From: Octopus vulgaris
Lineage: Eukaryota
Length of the DNA: 64,000 bases
Assembly: GCA_951406725.2 (NCBI GenBank)
Contig: OX597823.1
Coordinates: forward strand, 112,034,001-112,098,000
Reading direction: 5' to 3'
A program made the position numbers and the translations under genes. Shown in pieces: positions 1-13,539 of this stretch; position 1 is the first letter of the stretch; every line of letters begins with the position of its first letter. The notes under the pieces were generated by a model. It searched no databases and was not told where the DNA came from. It worked only from the letters and a program-made list of their open reading frames with translations.

Positions 1-952
1 AAATTTGTCAAGGGGTCTTGTCTTGTAAATTACTTGGTGACCTTACAAATGCTGATACCACAAAAAAGCACCCGGTATAATTCATATAGTGGTTGGCATT
101 AAAAAGGGCATCCAGTTCTAGAAACCATGCTAATGTGTACATGGAATATAGATACAGATGTCAAATTGTGAAGACACTTGCCCAAGGTGCCACACAGTGG
201 GGCTGGATCTTGAACCCTGTGGTTGAAAAGCAAGCTTCTTACCATACAGCCATGATTGCACCTATATATATACATATATGTATAAATGTGTATACGTGTG
301 TATGTGTGTGTGAGTGTGTATAAACATATATATCAATAAAACACATACAGATGTTTTTATATCTCTATATAGTCATGAGTGAACATAGACAAACTAAAAA
401 TTCATCAAACTAGAGTTCCAGCATGGCCGCAGTAAAAGATATCAACACACAAACTCCATAGACACAAACATGGGAGATTTATGGGTAAATGAGAATATGT
501 GATGCTCATGATGTTTTTGTCATCATTATTTCCAATATATGTAAACAAAATAAGATGCTTTTTTTCATCAGGAATTTAAAATGGCTTAAAAAGGGAAACC
601 AAAACAAGCTCTATTTGTATTCTGTACGACACAATACTAGAAGTTATTAACAGATGAGAAACTGTGAGCAGGAAGCAAGTTATAGGTTTAGAAAAGTCTA
701 CTACACATTCCGTGATTCCATGACAAAAAAATGTCTTGCTGCCAATCATAATAAGTGCCAAGATCTTGGCTAAGATTAAGCCAGTTTAATCAAATAAAAC
801 ATAAGTCTGAAAATAATCTTCTTTTCTAAGAAAACACTTCACTTTCATTAACTGATGCCATGTTTTCCTCTTCTTCTTCTTCTTCTTCTTCTTCTTCTTC
901 TTCTGCTTCTTCTTCTTCTTCTTTTTATCATCATCATCATCATCATCATCAT

Positions 953-1268
953 CATATATATATATATATATGTATGCATGTATGATTGTATGCATGTATG
1001 TATTCATGTACGTATATAATGACATATTCATACACACATGCGTGTACATATGTGTGATGAAGGCAATGATATGCATTATGATGCTGCTGCTGTTGTTGTT
1101 GATGCATCATCATCATCATCATCATCACCACCAGCAGCAGCAGCAACAACAACAGCAGCAGCATCATAATGCATATCATTGCCTTCATCACACATATGTA
1201 CACGCATGTGTGTATGAATATGTCATTATATACGTACATGAATACATACATGCATACAATCATACATG

Positions 1269-1292
<24 letters not shown>
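953..1292. repeat. Near-perfect inverted repeat (~150 bp arms, 42 bp spacer) between (TA)n tracts
   Basis: 953-1101 is the reverse complement of 1144-~1292 (e.g. gatgaaggcaatgatatgcattatg / cataatgcatatcattgccttcatc); spacer is (CAT)n(CAG)n. Confidence 0.9.
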
Positions 1293-1308
<16 letters not shown>

Positions 1309-2519
1309 CACACACACACATGCATGCATATACAGGCATGTGTTTCAATGTCTGTATGCTTAAGTACACATACATATATATCTATATATTCATTTGTGCA
1401 AACACATAGACAAACATATATTTCTATGTATTTCTATACACAACATATATATGTGCGTATAAGCACATATATATAAGCAACAATAAATCTCTGAACGAGG
1501 TATAAACAGAAGCTGCACAACAATGTGAAGTATATTTGCCACTTAAATGTGGCTAACCACTAAGGGTGGATGCTACTGTAGCTTGTAGCCCCAGGAATAC
1601 ACCTCCTCCAGCTGGCTATTGACACACTTTCTGTGCCCTATCAGTATTTGCAAAGGGAAGTCATCCTTCCCATCGTCAACCTGACGAGATATGCACAAAC
1701 CCGGGGAAAATATGTTTTGTAAATAAATCAATAATAGATATAAAAAAAAAAGTATAGCAGATACTGAGTGTACAACTGGACAGGAGACTGTCATAGAAGG
1801 TCCCTAATTCTTCATCAGTTATCAGCCAGATGGTATAACTCAGTTTTGTACCATTAATGATAAGACTGAGAACTACCCATGCTAGTGGTGCCTGCGAAAG
1901 TGGTGGAGAATGTAAGGCCGAGAGAAAACAAAACTATACTTAGTGGACAAACGAAAGTGGATAAATGTAATTTATTAAAGATGAAATAAATATGAAATGA
2001 GCAAAATATAGCCCCAGGGCCAAAAAGACAGGAGTGGTGGGTAAATCTTAGAAGGCATCCTAAATGATTAGAAAGCAACAAATAGCAAGACAATAGGACA
2101 CAGAGAATTTTAGGAGCAGGCAACAATGCAACTGGTGTAGAAAAGAGAGTGAAAGAAAGAAAAGCTGGCCACAGGTCATGTGTCAGCAGCAGGCAGAGGA
2201 AAAAGAGGGCAAGTGAGAGGGAGAGAGAGAGAAAGTAACAGAAAGAAAACAAAGGAATGGATGAAGGAGGAGAAAGGAGAAATGCTAGAAGAAGGCAAAA
2301 GGGAGAAAAAAGGAGAAAGAGGAAAAGCTAGAAATGGAAGTAAAAGGATGAGAGAGAGAAAAGAGAAAAAAGGACAAAGGTGAAGGCAAGAAATATATAT
2401 GAAGATAAATTAAATATAGTGATATGTTCATACACACATTTATATACATGTATATATATACACACATACATATATATACATACATGCATATACATACAAC
2501 ACGCACATACATGTGTACC

Positions 2520-2550
<31 letters not shown>

Positions 2551-2630
2551 TGTAGGTATGTAATATTTATTGGTTTAACAATTTACAGAGTTGTCCATAT
2601 TTTCAAAGCTACTTTTTCCAATAGAGCAGA

Positions 2631-2667
<37 letters not shown>

Positions 2668-2669
<2 letters not shown>

Positions 2670-2787
2670 AAAAAATACAAACTGGGACAAGAACGTGAAA
2701 TATTAGAAGACGATACAAAAAACACGGACGGGACATTCGAAGCCTTCAATCTTCAGTCAAGAACCGGATCATCTTCGCAATTTCGAT
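2668..2787 (-). mobile_element. Short TA-flanked element with weak hammerhead-like motif
   Basis: Unique ~120 bp between (TA)n tracts; minus strand CTGAAGA-ttgaaggcttc-GAAT-gtc resembles a degenerate CUGANGA..GAAA core. Confidence 0.35.
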
Positions 2788-2919
2788 ATATATATATATA
2801 TATACTGCACAATACAAGAATATCAGATACGTACATACGTTGACATTATGTGCGCTTATTTGTGATTATATAAGCACTTTTATAAGTATGTATGTGTACA
2901 TATAAATACTCACATATTC

Positions 2920-3136
2920 TTTTCTTTTCTACTCTATGCACAAGGCCTAAAATTTGTGAGGAGGGAGCAGTCGATTAGATCGATCCCAGTACTCAACAAG
3001 TACTTAATTTATCGACCCTGAAAGGATGAATGACAAAGTCGACCTCGGTGGAATTTGAACTCACAACGTAAAATCAGACGAAATACCACAAAGCATTTCA
3101 CCTGGCATGCTAACGTTTCTGCCAACTCGTGACCTT
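2920..3136 (-). mobile_element. tRNA-derived SINE, Meta-like family (diverged copy)
   Basis: Matches the full copy at 38792-39024 (gagttcaaattcc B-box, gtcgactttg..tcatcctttc..gggtcgataaattaagtac). Confidence 0.85.
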
Positions 3137-3148
3137 ACACACATTTAA

Positions 3149-3185
<37 letters not shown>

Positions 3186-3665
3186 TATACATATATATAT
3201 GTGCTTTTATGTGTCACTAGCACAGGTGCTTTTATGGGTCGCTGGTAAGGATGCTTTTATGTGTTGGGGGCATGAGTGCTTGTTACATGACACCAGTATC
3301 AGCCACAGCCACGATTTCCCATGGATTGACGAGTCTTCTCAAGCACAGAATATTTCCAAAGGTCTCTGTCACTTGTCATCACCTCGGTGAAGCCAACATT
3401 GAAAAATCATGCTTCACTACCTCATCCAATATCTTCCAGGGTCTACCTCTCTCACAGGTTCCCTCAACAGTTGGAGATCAGCACTTCTTTACACAGCTGT
3501 CCTCATCCATATGCATGTTTTCATTCAGTCGCAAGATAACAAGTCACAAGATAACCAGTATGGCTGGTCTTATGTGAAGTCAGTTGAAAATCTAAGGTGA
3601 AAGCAGCTTTATTTGAGATTCTTGCTCTGTGAAAGATTCAGACATCAGCTTTACATGAAACTTAA

Positions 3666-3886
3666 CCCTTCTGATACCAACCCGGCTGAAACTGGCTCTG
3701 GCTCTTTAGAACAAATGTCTTGTTTTCATAAGTTTTGAATTAAAATCTTCCACCAAACCTTAGTCACAATTTATGTCCCTAACACTAGCTGAATGATAAT
3801 TAAGTTATTTTACTAAATTCTTTGTTATATTTAAAGTAATTGAAAGAAACACAGAGCATCCTAAAATAAATACGGTAATGAAAGGG
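3666..3886. mobile_element. piggyBac-type MITE
   Basis: TTAA on both sides (3662-3665, 3887-3890); imperfect TIRs cccttctgatacc / ggtaatgaaaggg; no ORF. Confidence 0.8.
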
Positions 3887-4162
3887 TTAAGTAACATTCC
3901 TGAATTTCTGAAGTACTATACAAAGACATACTTGGCCTCACTATTATTAATCATTCATTTCTACTTAACACATGCATATTCCATCACATTGTGTGTATGC
4001 ATGTGAGTGTGTGTGTGTCCATGGATGTGTATGTGTGAGGGAGTGCGTGTGCATTTATGTTCAATGCTGCAGATCAATGGTGAGTCAGTGTCTTTTTGTC
4101 AAAGACTGAATTAGTGACTTTTCTAAATACACAAAAGACTATATACCAGACCAAAATGTATA

Positions 4163-4385
4163 TCTATTTCTTTACTACCTACAAGAGGCTAAACACAGAG
4201 AGGACAGACAAACGGATTAAGTCGATTATATCGACCCCAGTGCGTAACTGGTACTTATTTAATCGACCCCGAAAGGATGAAAGGCAAAGTCAACCTTGGC
4301 GGAATTTGAACTCAGAACGTAGCGGCAGACGAAATACCATTAAGCATTTCACCCGGCATGCTAACGTTTCTGCCAGCTTGCCACC
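4163..4385 (-). mobile_element. tRNA-derived SINE, Meta-like family
   Basis: Near full-length match to 38792-39024, 37054-37278 and 53664-53898. Confidence 0.9.
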
Positions 4386-4854
4386 AAAATGTATATCGGG
4401 GGACCATAGGATTGCTTAAACTCAGTGATGATAATTCTGCCATAATGATGGTATTCCAATGATTGATAGCAGTAAAAGACATTATATATGTGTATGTACA
4501 CATGTGTGTGTGTGTGTGTATGTGAGAGTGTTTGAATAGTTAAGGAGTTCACTTCCCAATCATGTGCTTTTGGATTCAATCTCACCATGTACCACCTTGG
4601 GTAAGTTTTCTATTATAGCCCCAAGCTGAATAAAATCTTATGAATGAATTTGGAAGTCAGAAAATGAAGGTATCTGTATGTATATGATTATATGTGTGTA
4701 TATATGTTCCCTTGTTTTGACATCATGTGATAATTCCAAGCAAACCTCCCTGTCATATAAGAAGAGTGATTCATTTCCAAACCTCTATTGTTATATTACT
4801 GACCCTGGGGAAACATTATATTGCTTGCAACATGAAGTTACATTGGGATGAAGA

Positions 4855-5700
4855 AAATCTCACTGTATTGACCAGATTATTGGGTGTTCTATATTTAAGA
4901 GATGAAGAATTATGTACATTATTTACATTTGACGGATACTTGTCCTCATCTTGTTTGTTAACACAACGTTTCAGCTGATATACCCTCCAGCCTTGGTTCT
5001 CATTCCTAAGGTATTCTTCAATGTTGTTGTTGTTATTATTATTATTATTACTATTCAGGTAACTGCCTGGAATTGAACTTGGAATCTTGGGGTTAGTAGC
5101 CCGCATTCTTAACCACTACGCCATATGCCCATGGGCAATTATGGAGCAAATTTTAGGGCTTATAAATCTAACATCCTTATATCCTTCCTTAATACCGGTT
5201 CCCATATCCTGCTCATATCTGCACTCGGTTTGCTTAGGAGGTTGTTGTGTCCTAGCATATGTGCTGCTTCTTTTAGTTTTCATATTTTCTAGTAGTGTTC
5301 GCTGTCTATAATTTTAACTTCATCCCACAGGGGGAGCTGGTCTCCATTTTTCTATACATGATCAGCTATACCTGATTTACCAATATCTCCTCATGTCACA
5401 GCTTTGCGATGTTCATCTACCCTTATTTTGAGGGGGTGGCATGTTCCACCTTTGTTATAACCTACCACAGCTGCATGGAATGGAGTACACACAGTTTTTA
5501 ATCATATTCTCTTCTATTGGTGGTTTTACTCGAAGGAGATATTTGCGAAGTGTTGTATTACTCTTGAATACTGTCCTGATGTCATATGGGCCACATATCT
5601 TTTGTATCTTTTCGGAGAGGCCTTTCACATAGGGTAGACAGACTGTGGACAGTTTATCGGTTTCATCCTCTCTTTTCTTCATAATTGGAGTGCTATACAC
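4855..5700 (-). mobile_element. Penelope-like retroelement 3' fragment (decayed GIY-YIG endonuclease plus 3' non-coding tail)
   Basis: ORF 5455-5700 LPYVKGLSEKIQKIC..KNCVYSIPCSCGRL continues after a frameshift as KGGTCH..LKIRVDEHRKAV..KSGIADHV..WDEVKIIDSE..KLKEAAHM, typical of the PLE linker and GIY-YIG domain; stops and frameshifts present. Confidence 0.88.
5057..5130 (-). other. tRNA-like Pol III promoter segment within the PLE tail (not a functional tRNA)
   Basis: Minus strand gggcataTGGCGTAGTGGttaagaatgcgggctactaaccccaagattccaaGTTCAATTCCaggc: A-box, B-box and a ggg/ccc anticodon-like stem. Confidence 0.7.
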
Positions 5701-5789
5701 TGTTAGTCACAATGCATTTCTTCACATTGCTGATGCTTTCAAATGATGCCATCTTGCTGGCAAGGCATTCGAGCCAACACTGCCCCAAA

Positions 5790-5948
5790 GCAAAATTACA
5801 GTCTGTTGTTGCAGAGTTGCTCATTTACAGCAGAGTGGGAGCAACATGAAATGAAGTGTTTTGCTCAAGAGCATAATGCACTGCTGGTCTGGGAAATGAA
5901 GCAACGATCGTGAGTGCAGCTGCCTGACTTCTAGGCTATGTGCCTTCC
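5790..5948 (-). mobile_element. V-like tRNA-derived SINE, diverged
   Basis: Shares tcttgagcaaaacacttcatttca..ttgctcc with the copies at 36822-37563. Confidence 0.7.
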
Positions 5949-5949
5949 G

Positions 5950-6062
5950 CATACACACACACATACACACACACACACACATACACACACACACTTATAC
6001 ACACATACACACACACACAGGTACACAGATCAGTAGATAGACAGATAGACAGACACACAGAC

Positions 6063-6141
<79 letters not shown>

Positions 6142-6190
6142 CAGATAGATAGCTAGAGAGAGAGAGAGAGAGAAATAGATAGATAGATTG

Positions 6191-6239
<49 letters not shown>

Positions 6240-6251
6240 TAGATAGATAGA

Positions 6252-6282
<31 letters not shown>

Positions 6283-6377
6283 GTACATAGATATATAGAC
6301 TGGCAGACAGACAGACTGATAGATAGAGAGAGAGAGATACAAAGCCGTAGTAATAACAACATGTATGTTAATATGCA

Positions 6378-6408
<31 letters not shown>

Positions 6409-6427
6409 CTGTGTCTGTGTGTGTGTT

Positions 6428-6477
<50 letters not shown>
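5950..6477. repeat. Compound microsatellite (CA)n/(TAGA)n/(GA)n/(TG)n
   Basis: Directly visible. Confidence 0.95.
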
Positions 6478-6479
<2 letters not shown>

Positions 6480-6594
6480 AAGAGCTTAATGATGAATAGT
6501 AAAGAAATTTCCTTCAAGAATTACGATGTTCTTGACTGAATCTTATGACATAGCTTCTTGGGCAAAGTGCCTATTATTACATTTGTCTCTGTAG

Positions 6595-6728
6595 TCAAAG
6601 GTCTCAAAAATACTCTTGAATGGCTGTACAACAACAACAACGCCATGTTCTCCAACAACTCAAAAACAAACTCCATAGATTCTGTGGAAAGAAACAACCT
6701 TGTATCACAACAATCTCCTTTCTCGTGA
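6595..6728 (+). CDS. Weak candidate terminal coding exon (KGLKNTLEWLYNNNNAMFSNNSKTNSIDSVERNNLVSQQSPFS*)
   Basis: Acceptor-like tttgtctctgtAG at 6582-6594, 43 open codons to TGA, then a long T-rich UTR-like tract; no recognisable homology. Confidence 0.2.
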
Positions 6729-8509
6729 ATACACTTATTTAAATTTGTAACAAATTTTAAATCACCCAGTTATTACTTACCTATTGTCAATTATCTAATC
6801 ATTTCTTCACTGTTATTTGACAAATCGATAGTTTATTTTGATATTTGATTCTTTTTATTGCAGATATTTATAAAATTAATCATGATAATTTTTATTTTAT
6901 TATCTCATATTTTATTTTTCCCTTTTATTTCTATTATTATTGCTTACATTTTGTTTTCTTTTACACAATATCATTATAAATTTTTCATTGTTGTCTATGC
7001 TTTTTAATTTAATACTCTACTACTTGTTCCTTCCTTTTATCATATTCTATATTATTATTCAAGAAATCATTATGATTAACAAAAATAAGAAGTCATTATT
7101 GTTTATATACTTAGATCATAATTCAATTGTATATTTTATTAATTTTTTTGACAGACTCTTTCATAATTCATACTCTTCTTTTTTTCATTTCTTATACAAA
7201 TTTTTTCCTTATTTTCCATATTTTTTAAAATTTTTACATAATATATATATTTTATTCATGTTTATTTTATTTACCATATAAATTTTTCTTTATTTTTTAT
7301 AGTCCATGCATTTTTATATTCATTTTATACATTATATATTTTACATTATTTAATTTTTTGTATCTTTCATATTTTTGTTACCTTTTATGTTTTTATGCAT
7401 CATATATTTGTCATGTTCATTTTTTGTAAATTATCTGTTTTTAATATCTATTTTGATGTCTTATAAATATATTATTGTATATTTTTTATAAAGAAAATAC
7501 ATTTTTTATTTTTTACTGTACATAAATTTTATGTTTATTTAATGTAACTTATATTATATTTTATGCTTTTTAATATATTTTTTGCTTATTTTCATGTTAT
7601 ATGTGTATTCATCTGTAAATGTATGTATGTGTGTGTTTGCATAAGTGTTTATTTTTAAACACTATATTTTTATTCTTAATAATTTAATAACTTATATTTT
7701 TTAATATTATTTGTTTACATATGTTTGGATTGCCTATATTTTATATACATTATCGATTTTTATTCTTTATTTTATATGTGTTACATATTTTAAATATTCA
7801 TTTTTACATATTTTATACATTTATTGATTATATTTTCATGCTTTATTTATATATTTTAACAGTTATTTTTTAACACACATATTTTTAATATTTATTTTCA
7901 TACATTATATATATTTTGCACTCTATATTTTGACTATTTATTAATATATATTTATTTCCCACTTTATATATTTTCATTCATTTTTATTCGCCATATATCA
8001 TTTCCGTATTTTTCTCTTTCTTTATATTTGAAATCTTTTTCATTTCTTTTTCTTTTTGTCATCATTTAAATTTTGTTTGTCAATCTCATTGTTTACTTTT
8101 TAGAAATTTTTGATATTGCTTTCTTCTTTTTTATATTTAATCTCATTGACAATTTGTAAAGATTTATTTTATATTTTTTGCATATTTTATTTTCTCTATT
8201 TCAATATTTATTTTATTATTTGTTTGTATTTGCCATCTTATATGTATTTATATATATATTTGTTTTCTTGAAGACACATCTCTCTTTCTCCCTTCCTCTA
8301 TGTGTGTCTGAGTGTATATGTATATTATATGTGTGTGTGTGTGTAGGTTTCATATTACAAGCATAAGGAAAGAAGTACTCAATACTGGGTGAAGGAGTCT
8401 AATGTAGTGCTGAAAATACTTTCAGCTTCTACTCAGAGTTACAACTATGTCAATGAGTGCACAACAAACCAGCAATGCATGTGTTGTAAGAGAGTGTAAT
8501 TTTTCATGT

Positions 8510-8623
8510 TAAATCTATATATGTCTATATATATATCTATATATACGTGTATATATGTATATATATATATATGTACATACATATACATATATGTATATAT
8601 GTATATGCATGTATATATCTATA

Positions 8624-8664
<41 letters not shown>

Positions 8665-8778
8665 GTATATATATGTATGTATATATATATATATAAGTAT
8701 ATATACACACATATGCATGCATACATACAAACATACATTTAAAATGCATATGGCCATATATATGTTTATATATTTTGG

Positions 8779-8838
<60 letters not shown>

Positions 8839-9215
8839 TGTGTGTGTGTGCATGTCTGTACACACGTGCATGAACACACATTTGTTTATTTTTTATTGTT
8901 TTTTTTTTCATTTTAATTTATTCATTTGTCATTGTCATATTGTCTTCTCTTTTTCCAGTCCATATGTCCTTCCTTTCTCTCCATGCTCCCACCAACACCA
9001 CCACTGTCATTGCACTTCATTGTTGTTGTTGTTGTTGTTGTTGTTTTTATATTGTTATTTATTATTGCAATTTATGTTCCCCCTACCATTGTTATTTTTA
9101 AGTGGTGATAGAAGTGTTTCTTTTTTATATATACGTTTTTTTTAGTTTTCACCATTATTTTATTTTCCATTTTCATTTTATTTTCATTTTCTTATTTTAT
9201 ATATTTTTCATTTTA

Positions 9216-9279
<64 letters not shown>

Positions 9280-9452
9280 TCATAAGGATTTGTCTATTAC
9301 TGTTATTTTAGTTTGATATGTGGGTAGAGTTATTTAATCTGTGGTTTTTTAAAGTCTTTAATGCTTATTGCTTTATGTCTTTGATACTATACATTATATT
9401 TTCTTCTCTTAATATGTATAGTTTATTTTTTAATATCTTTAAAAACCGTTAT

Positions 9453-9488
<36 letters not shown>

Positions 9489-9578
9489 GCACATATACAT
9501 AAATGTATAAATGTGAATACATATGTACATACAGACACACATATATATACATACATGTAAATATAAATATATATATTC

Positions 9579-9617
<39 letters not shown>

Positions 9618-9692
9618 TAAATGTATAAATGTAAATACATATGAACACGCACACACACACACACACACATATATACATATATGTAAATATAA

Positions 9693-9778
<86 letters not shown>

Positions 9779-10085
9779 GTAGGGCATTATTCTTATTATC
9801 TCTCTGAGGATTCATGCTTTTGTAAGAAATCTTCCTTTGTATTGTTGTGTTTGTTGTTGTTTGATTATTTAAAAAGAGAAAAATCAAAGAATGAGAAAAA
9901 GAGAATCTCACCACATGCCCCACCCACCACCACCATCAACAACAATAACAACAACAACAACATCCTGTTGTTGCTTTCTTAAAGATTATTTAAATACAAT
10001 AAAAATCGGAAGAATAAAATAAATCTCACAAACCTCATTGTTGTTGTTGTTGTTGTTGCTGTTGTCCTCAATATTATTTCTATTT

Positions 10086-10118
<33 letters not shown>

Positions 10119-10708
10119 GGTTTTATTGTTGTTTTTGCAATTGTTATTGTAAGCTTGTAATTATTTAAATACCTCCTACCACCACCACCACCACTGCCAC
10201 CACCATTATCGTTGCTGTTCTTGTTGTTGTTTTCTTTGTTAAAGAACATTTAAATAAAAATGAAGGATAAGAATAAACCCATCATTGTCATTTTGTTATC
10301 ACTGTTGTTGTTGCTGTTGTTATTGTTCTGTTGTTGTTGTTGTTCTTATTGATATTGTTATTGAATTGTCATTGTTATAGTGGTTTGTAGTTGTTGTTGT
10401 TCTTGTTACTATTTTTCTTGTTCTTGATATTGTTATTATTATTGTTATTATTATTGTTGTTGTTGTTGTTTTTGTGTTTGTTTAAAGATTATTCAAAAAG
10501 GAAGGAAAACAACACAATACACCACCACCACCACCACTCCATTTGTTGTTGTTGTTGTTGTCATTGCTGTTGTTTCGATTCTGTTGTTGTTTGGTTAAAG
10601 ATTACTTTAAAAAAAAAACAGAAAATAAACTCCCCTCCCTCACTTGACATCACCACCATCCACCGACCCTCATCACCATTATTAACATTATTATTATCAT
10701 CATTATCA

Positions 10709-10760
<52 letters not shown>

Positions 10761-10845
10761 CATTACTAATATTATTATTATTATTATTATCATTATTAAT
10801 ATTATTATTATTATTGTCATTATTATTATTATTGTCATTATTATT

Positions 10846-10898
<53 letters not shown>

Positions 10899-11600
10899 GG
10901 ATGATAAAAGATATTTTAAAAGAATATATTCTTGTATATCTGCTTATTACTCTTATTGTTATCATCATTATTATTATTGTTGTTGTTGTTGTCATTTTTA
11001 TTATTTTTATTATTGTTATTGTTATCATTATTATTGTTCTTCTTCTTCCTGCTTTTTGTTGTTGTTTTGTTGTTGTTTTATTGCTTCTTGTATTGTTGTT
11101 GTTGTTGAAGACATTTCACTAAAGAGATGTCAATTGATTGTTTGACAATCATCTTTAAATATTGGGTTTAAATGTTTGGTGCTCTAGAGGTGGGCAGGAT
11201 CATGGTATAGGTGGTAGTGGTGTGGTGATGTTCAGTGCAGACCTGTGCACGGTGGTGGTTGCAGTGATAGTAGTGATGCATAAGGGCGACAGTGGTGCTG
11301 GTGGCATGGCACATCATGGCGATGAGAGTGATGATGGTGATTATAGTGTCGGTAGTTGTGGTGGTGTTGATGATGGTGTTGGTGTTGGTGGTGGTGGTGG
11401 TGATGGTGGTGGTGGTGGTGCTACTGTTATAGTTGTCGTTGTTGTTTACGGTGGTGGATGCAGGATGGTGGCAGTGACTGACAGTGGGCTGGGTAATGAT
11501 GGCATAGAATGACAAACAATTCAATTAGCTTTTAAATGGATAAAGGTGGGTGGTGGCGGGGGCGGCGGCGGTGGTTGTGGGGTGGTGGTGGTCGGTGGTA
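8510..11600. repeat. Microsatellite / low-complexity block: (TA)n, (TG)n, (TTA)n, (TTG)n, (GGT)n
   Basis: Directly visible; source of many spurious ORFs. Confidence 0.95.
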
Positions 11601-11858
11601 GTGGTAGGAATACAGAAGAGAGTTAGAATGACAAGAGTTAAAGAGGGAGACACACCAAGGAAACTGTAAGACTATCAGACCTGAAGAAAAGAAGGTTATA
11701 TATATATGTTACGTAACTTCAAAATTTTTATGCTTACATGTATGCTGCACATATATGCATGCATGAGTGTGTGTATATGTGTATTTGTATATCATATAAC
11801 TTGTATGTATATATATATCTTTGTGTACATATATATATATTAATATAAATAATATATA

Positions 11859-11936
<78 letters not shown>

Positions 11937-11941
11937 TATAT

Positions 11942-12190
11942 GGGTACAGGACGTCACCAACTGTGTAAACAACATGAAATATGAAATCAAGTGAGTTAAA
12001 TACGCAGGCAACAAGAGAAAAAGTGGGAAGACAGGACAAACAAACACAGAAAAATGACCCTTTATCAGTTGTTGGCTGTCTATCTACTTCTCATTTGGAG
12101 CATTCAATGACAGAATGAATCTTCAAAGACAGTTACTCTCATAAATTCAAAAATAAAATTTTGGATTTATGGAGAGTCAAAGTTGGAAAT
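11942..12190. mobile_element. TA-flanked element, family C (gggtacaggacgtca terminus)
   Basis: Shares its terminus and internal motifs with 26787-26985, 29935-30040 and 30325-30897. Confidence 0.65.
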
Positions 12191-12237
12191 GTGTGTGTGT
12201 GTGTGTGTAGCACATACATATATGTATGCGTATATAC

Positions 12238-12299
<62 letters not shown>

Positions 12300-12303
<4 letters not shown>

Positions 12304-12430
12304 AGAGTTTACGAAAAAAACAAAAAACGAAGACAGGTGGTGTACAAAACAAACAGATGTTTTAGTATAATACTCAGGAATAGAAAAGTCTTTTACGTTT
12401 CGAGCCTATGCTCTTCTACAGGAAGGGACA
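12300..12430 (-). mobile_element. TA-flanked hammerhead-like element, family B (partial)
   Basis: Homologous to 26013-26213; minus strand ctgtaga-a-gagc-atag-gctc-gaaacgta. Confidence 0.75.
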
Positions 12431-12451
12431 TATATATATATATATATATAT

Positions 12452-12638
12452 CACCCATGCTAGCATGGAAAACGAACGTTAAACGATGAAGAAGAAGAAG
12501 AAGAAGAAGAAGAAGAAGAAGAAGAAGAAGAACATGAAGATGAAGAAGAAGAAGAAGAAGAAGAAGAAGAAGAAGAAGAAGAAGAAGAAGAAGAAGAAGA
12601 AGAAGAAGAAGAAGAAGAAGAAGAAGAAGAAGAAGAAG
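12452..12638 (+). repeat. RTE-tail SINE 3' end whose tail is expanded as (GAA)n
   Basis: cccatgctagcatggaaaacgaacgttaaacgat followed by ~150 bp of (GAA)n. Confidence 0.85.
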
Positions 12639-12938
12639 ATATATATATGTATGTAAATATATATATATATTAATGGTTATAGTGTATAACTGGTCAGAAT
12701 GTTGCTATTGGTTTTGTTTCAACTATTGCTTTTGGCAAAATTGATGAGTCTTCAGACATTTTGGCCAGAATTGCATAAGCCTTATTAATCCTGAAGGCAT
12801 GAATAGATTCTGGTTGACATGATGTTTATAAAAAGAACAGGAACAAAACATAGAGAAATATTATAACACTTTCCAGTAGCAATTGAGAGGTTGATATTAG
12901 CTATGGTTGAAGTGAGTCAGCTGTGTATGTATATATAC

Positions 12939-13491
12939 ACGAGCAAAATGCACACCATCCAATGGACAGTGTTGAATCGTATTTGCTGAATAAAAAGCAA
13001 TCAATGTTTTCTTTTCATTAAAAAATAATTAAGCATGCCTTTATTTCAATAAAATTTTTGGTTTTGTTAAACAAAGTTAAGGCAAAAAAAAAACTTCTTG
13101 AGAAACCAAATAGTCTTTCCTTCCTTCATGCCACGTTTGAAGAAAATATCTCTTTTGCATCTTACTTTTTGGGTCTCTTAAATATACAGCATTTTATGGC
13201 ATTATTTCAAGCCAGCTGGCTTTTTTTGCACAAACTGCATGTGCATTTTTCTTGTGTACGCATAGTATTGATCGCAACAGCTGACGTACTTGCACGTATA
13301 AATGCACGTTCCCACGGCTTTATCGATCGAATTCTCACCTAGAATCGATTTTTAAAATTTTATCAAGACTTATACACGCCCTGATACTGTCGGTATCTAC
13401 ATATCAAATTTGAGCACAATCGGATGGAGGATGCCCGAGATCCTAGAAGACACACAGACAGACAGACAGAACAGATTTTATATATAATAGA
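12939..13491 (-). mobile_element. Non-autonomous Helitron-like element (3' end uncertain)
   Basis: Minus strand begins A|TCtatatatataaaatctgttctgtctgtc with a ccgattgtgctcaaatttg motif like the other Helitrons here; terminal CTAG not clearly intact. Confidence 0.5.
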
Positions 13492-13539
13492 TGGTCATTC
13501 ATTAGTTACAAATGGGCTCAACCACACTGTCCAAATGAA

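Noticed and set aside
5057-5130. Genuine tRNA gene
   Set aside because: Acceptor and T stems pair poorly, there is no oligo-T terminator, and it lies inside a retroelement.
6730-8300. Organelle-derived insertion suggested by extreme AT/T richness
   Set aside because: No recognisable mitochondrial gene, tRNA or rRNA motifs; treated as low-complexity or UTR-like DNA.
8506-11524. Long ORFs rich in YI/CV/HT, poly-L, poly-N or poly-G
   Set aside because: Translations of (TA)n, (TG)n, (TTA)n, (TTG)n and (GGT)n microsatellites; no domain content.
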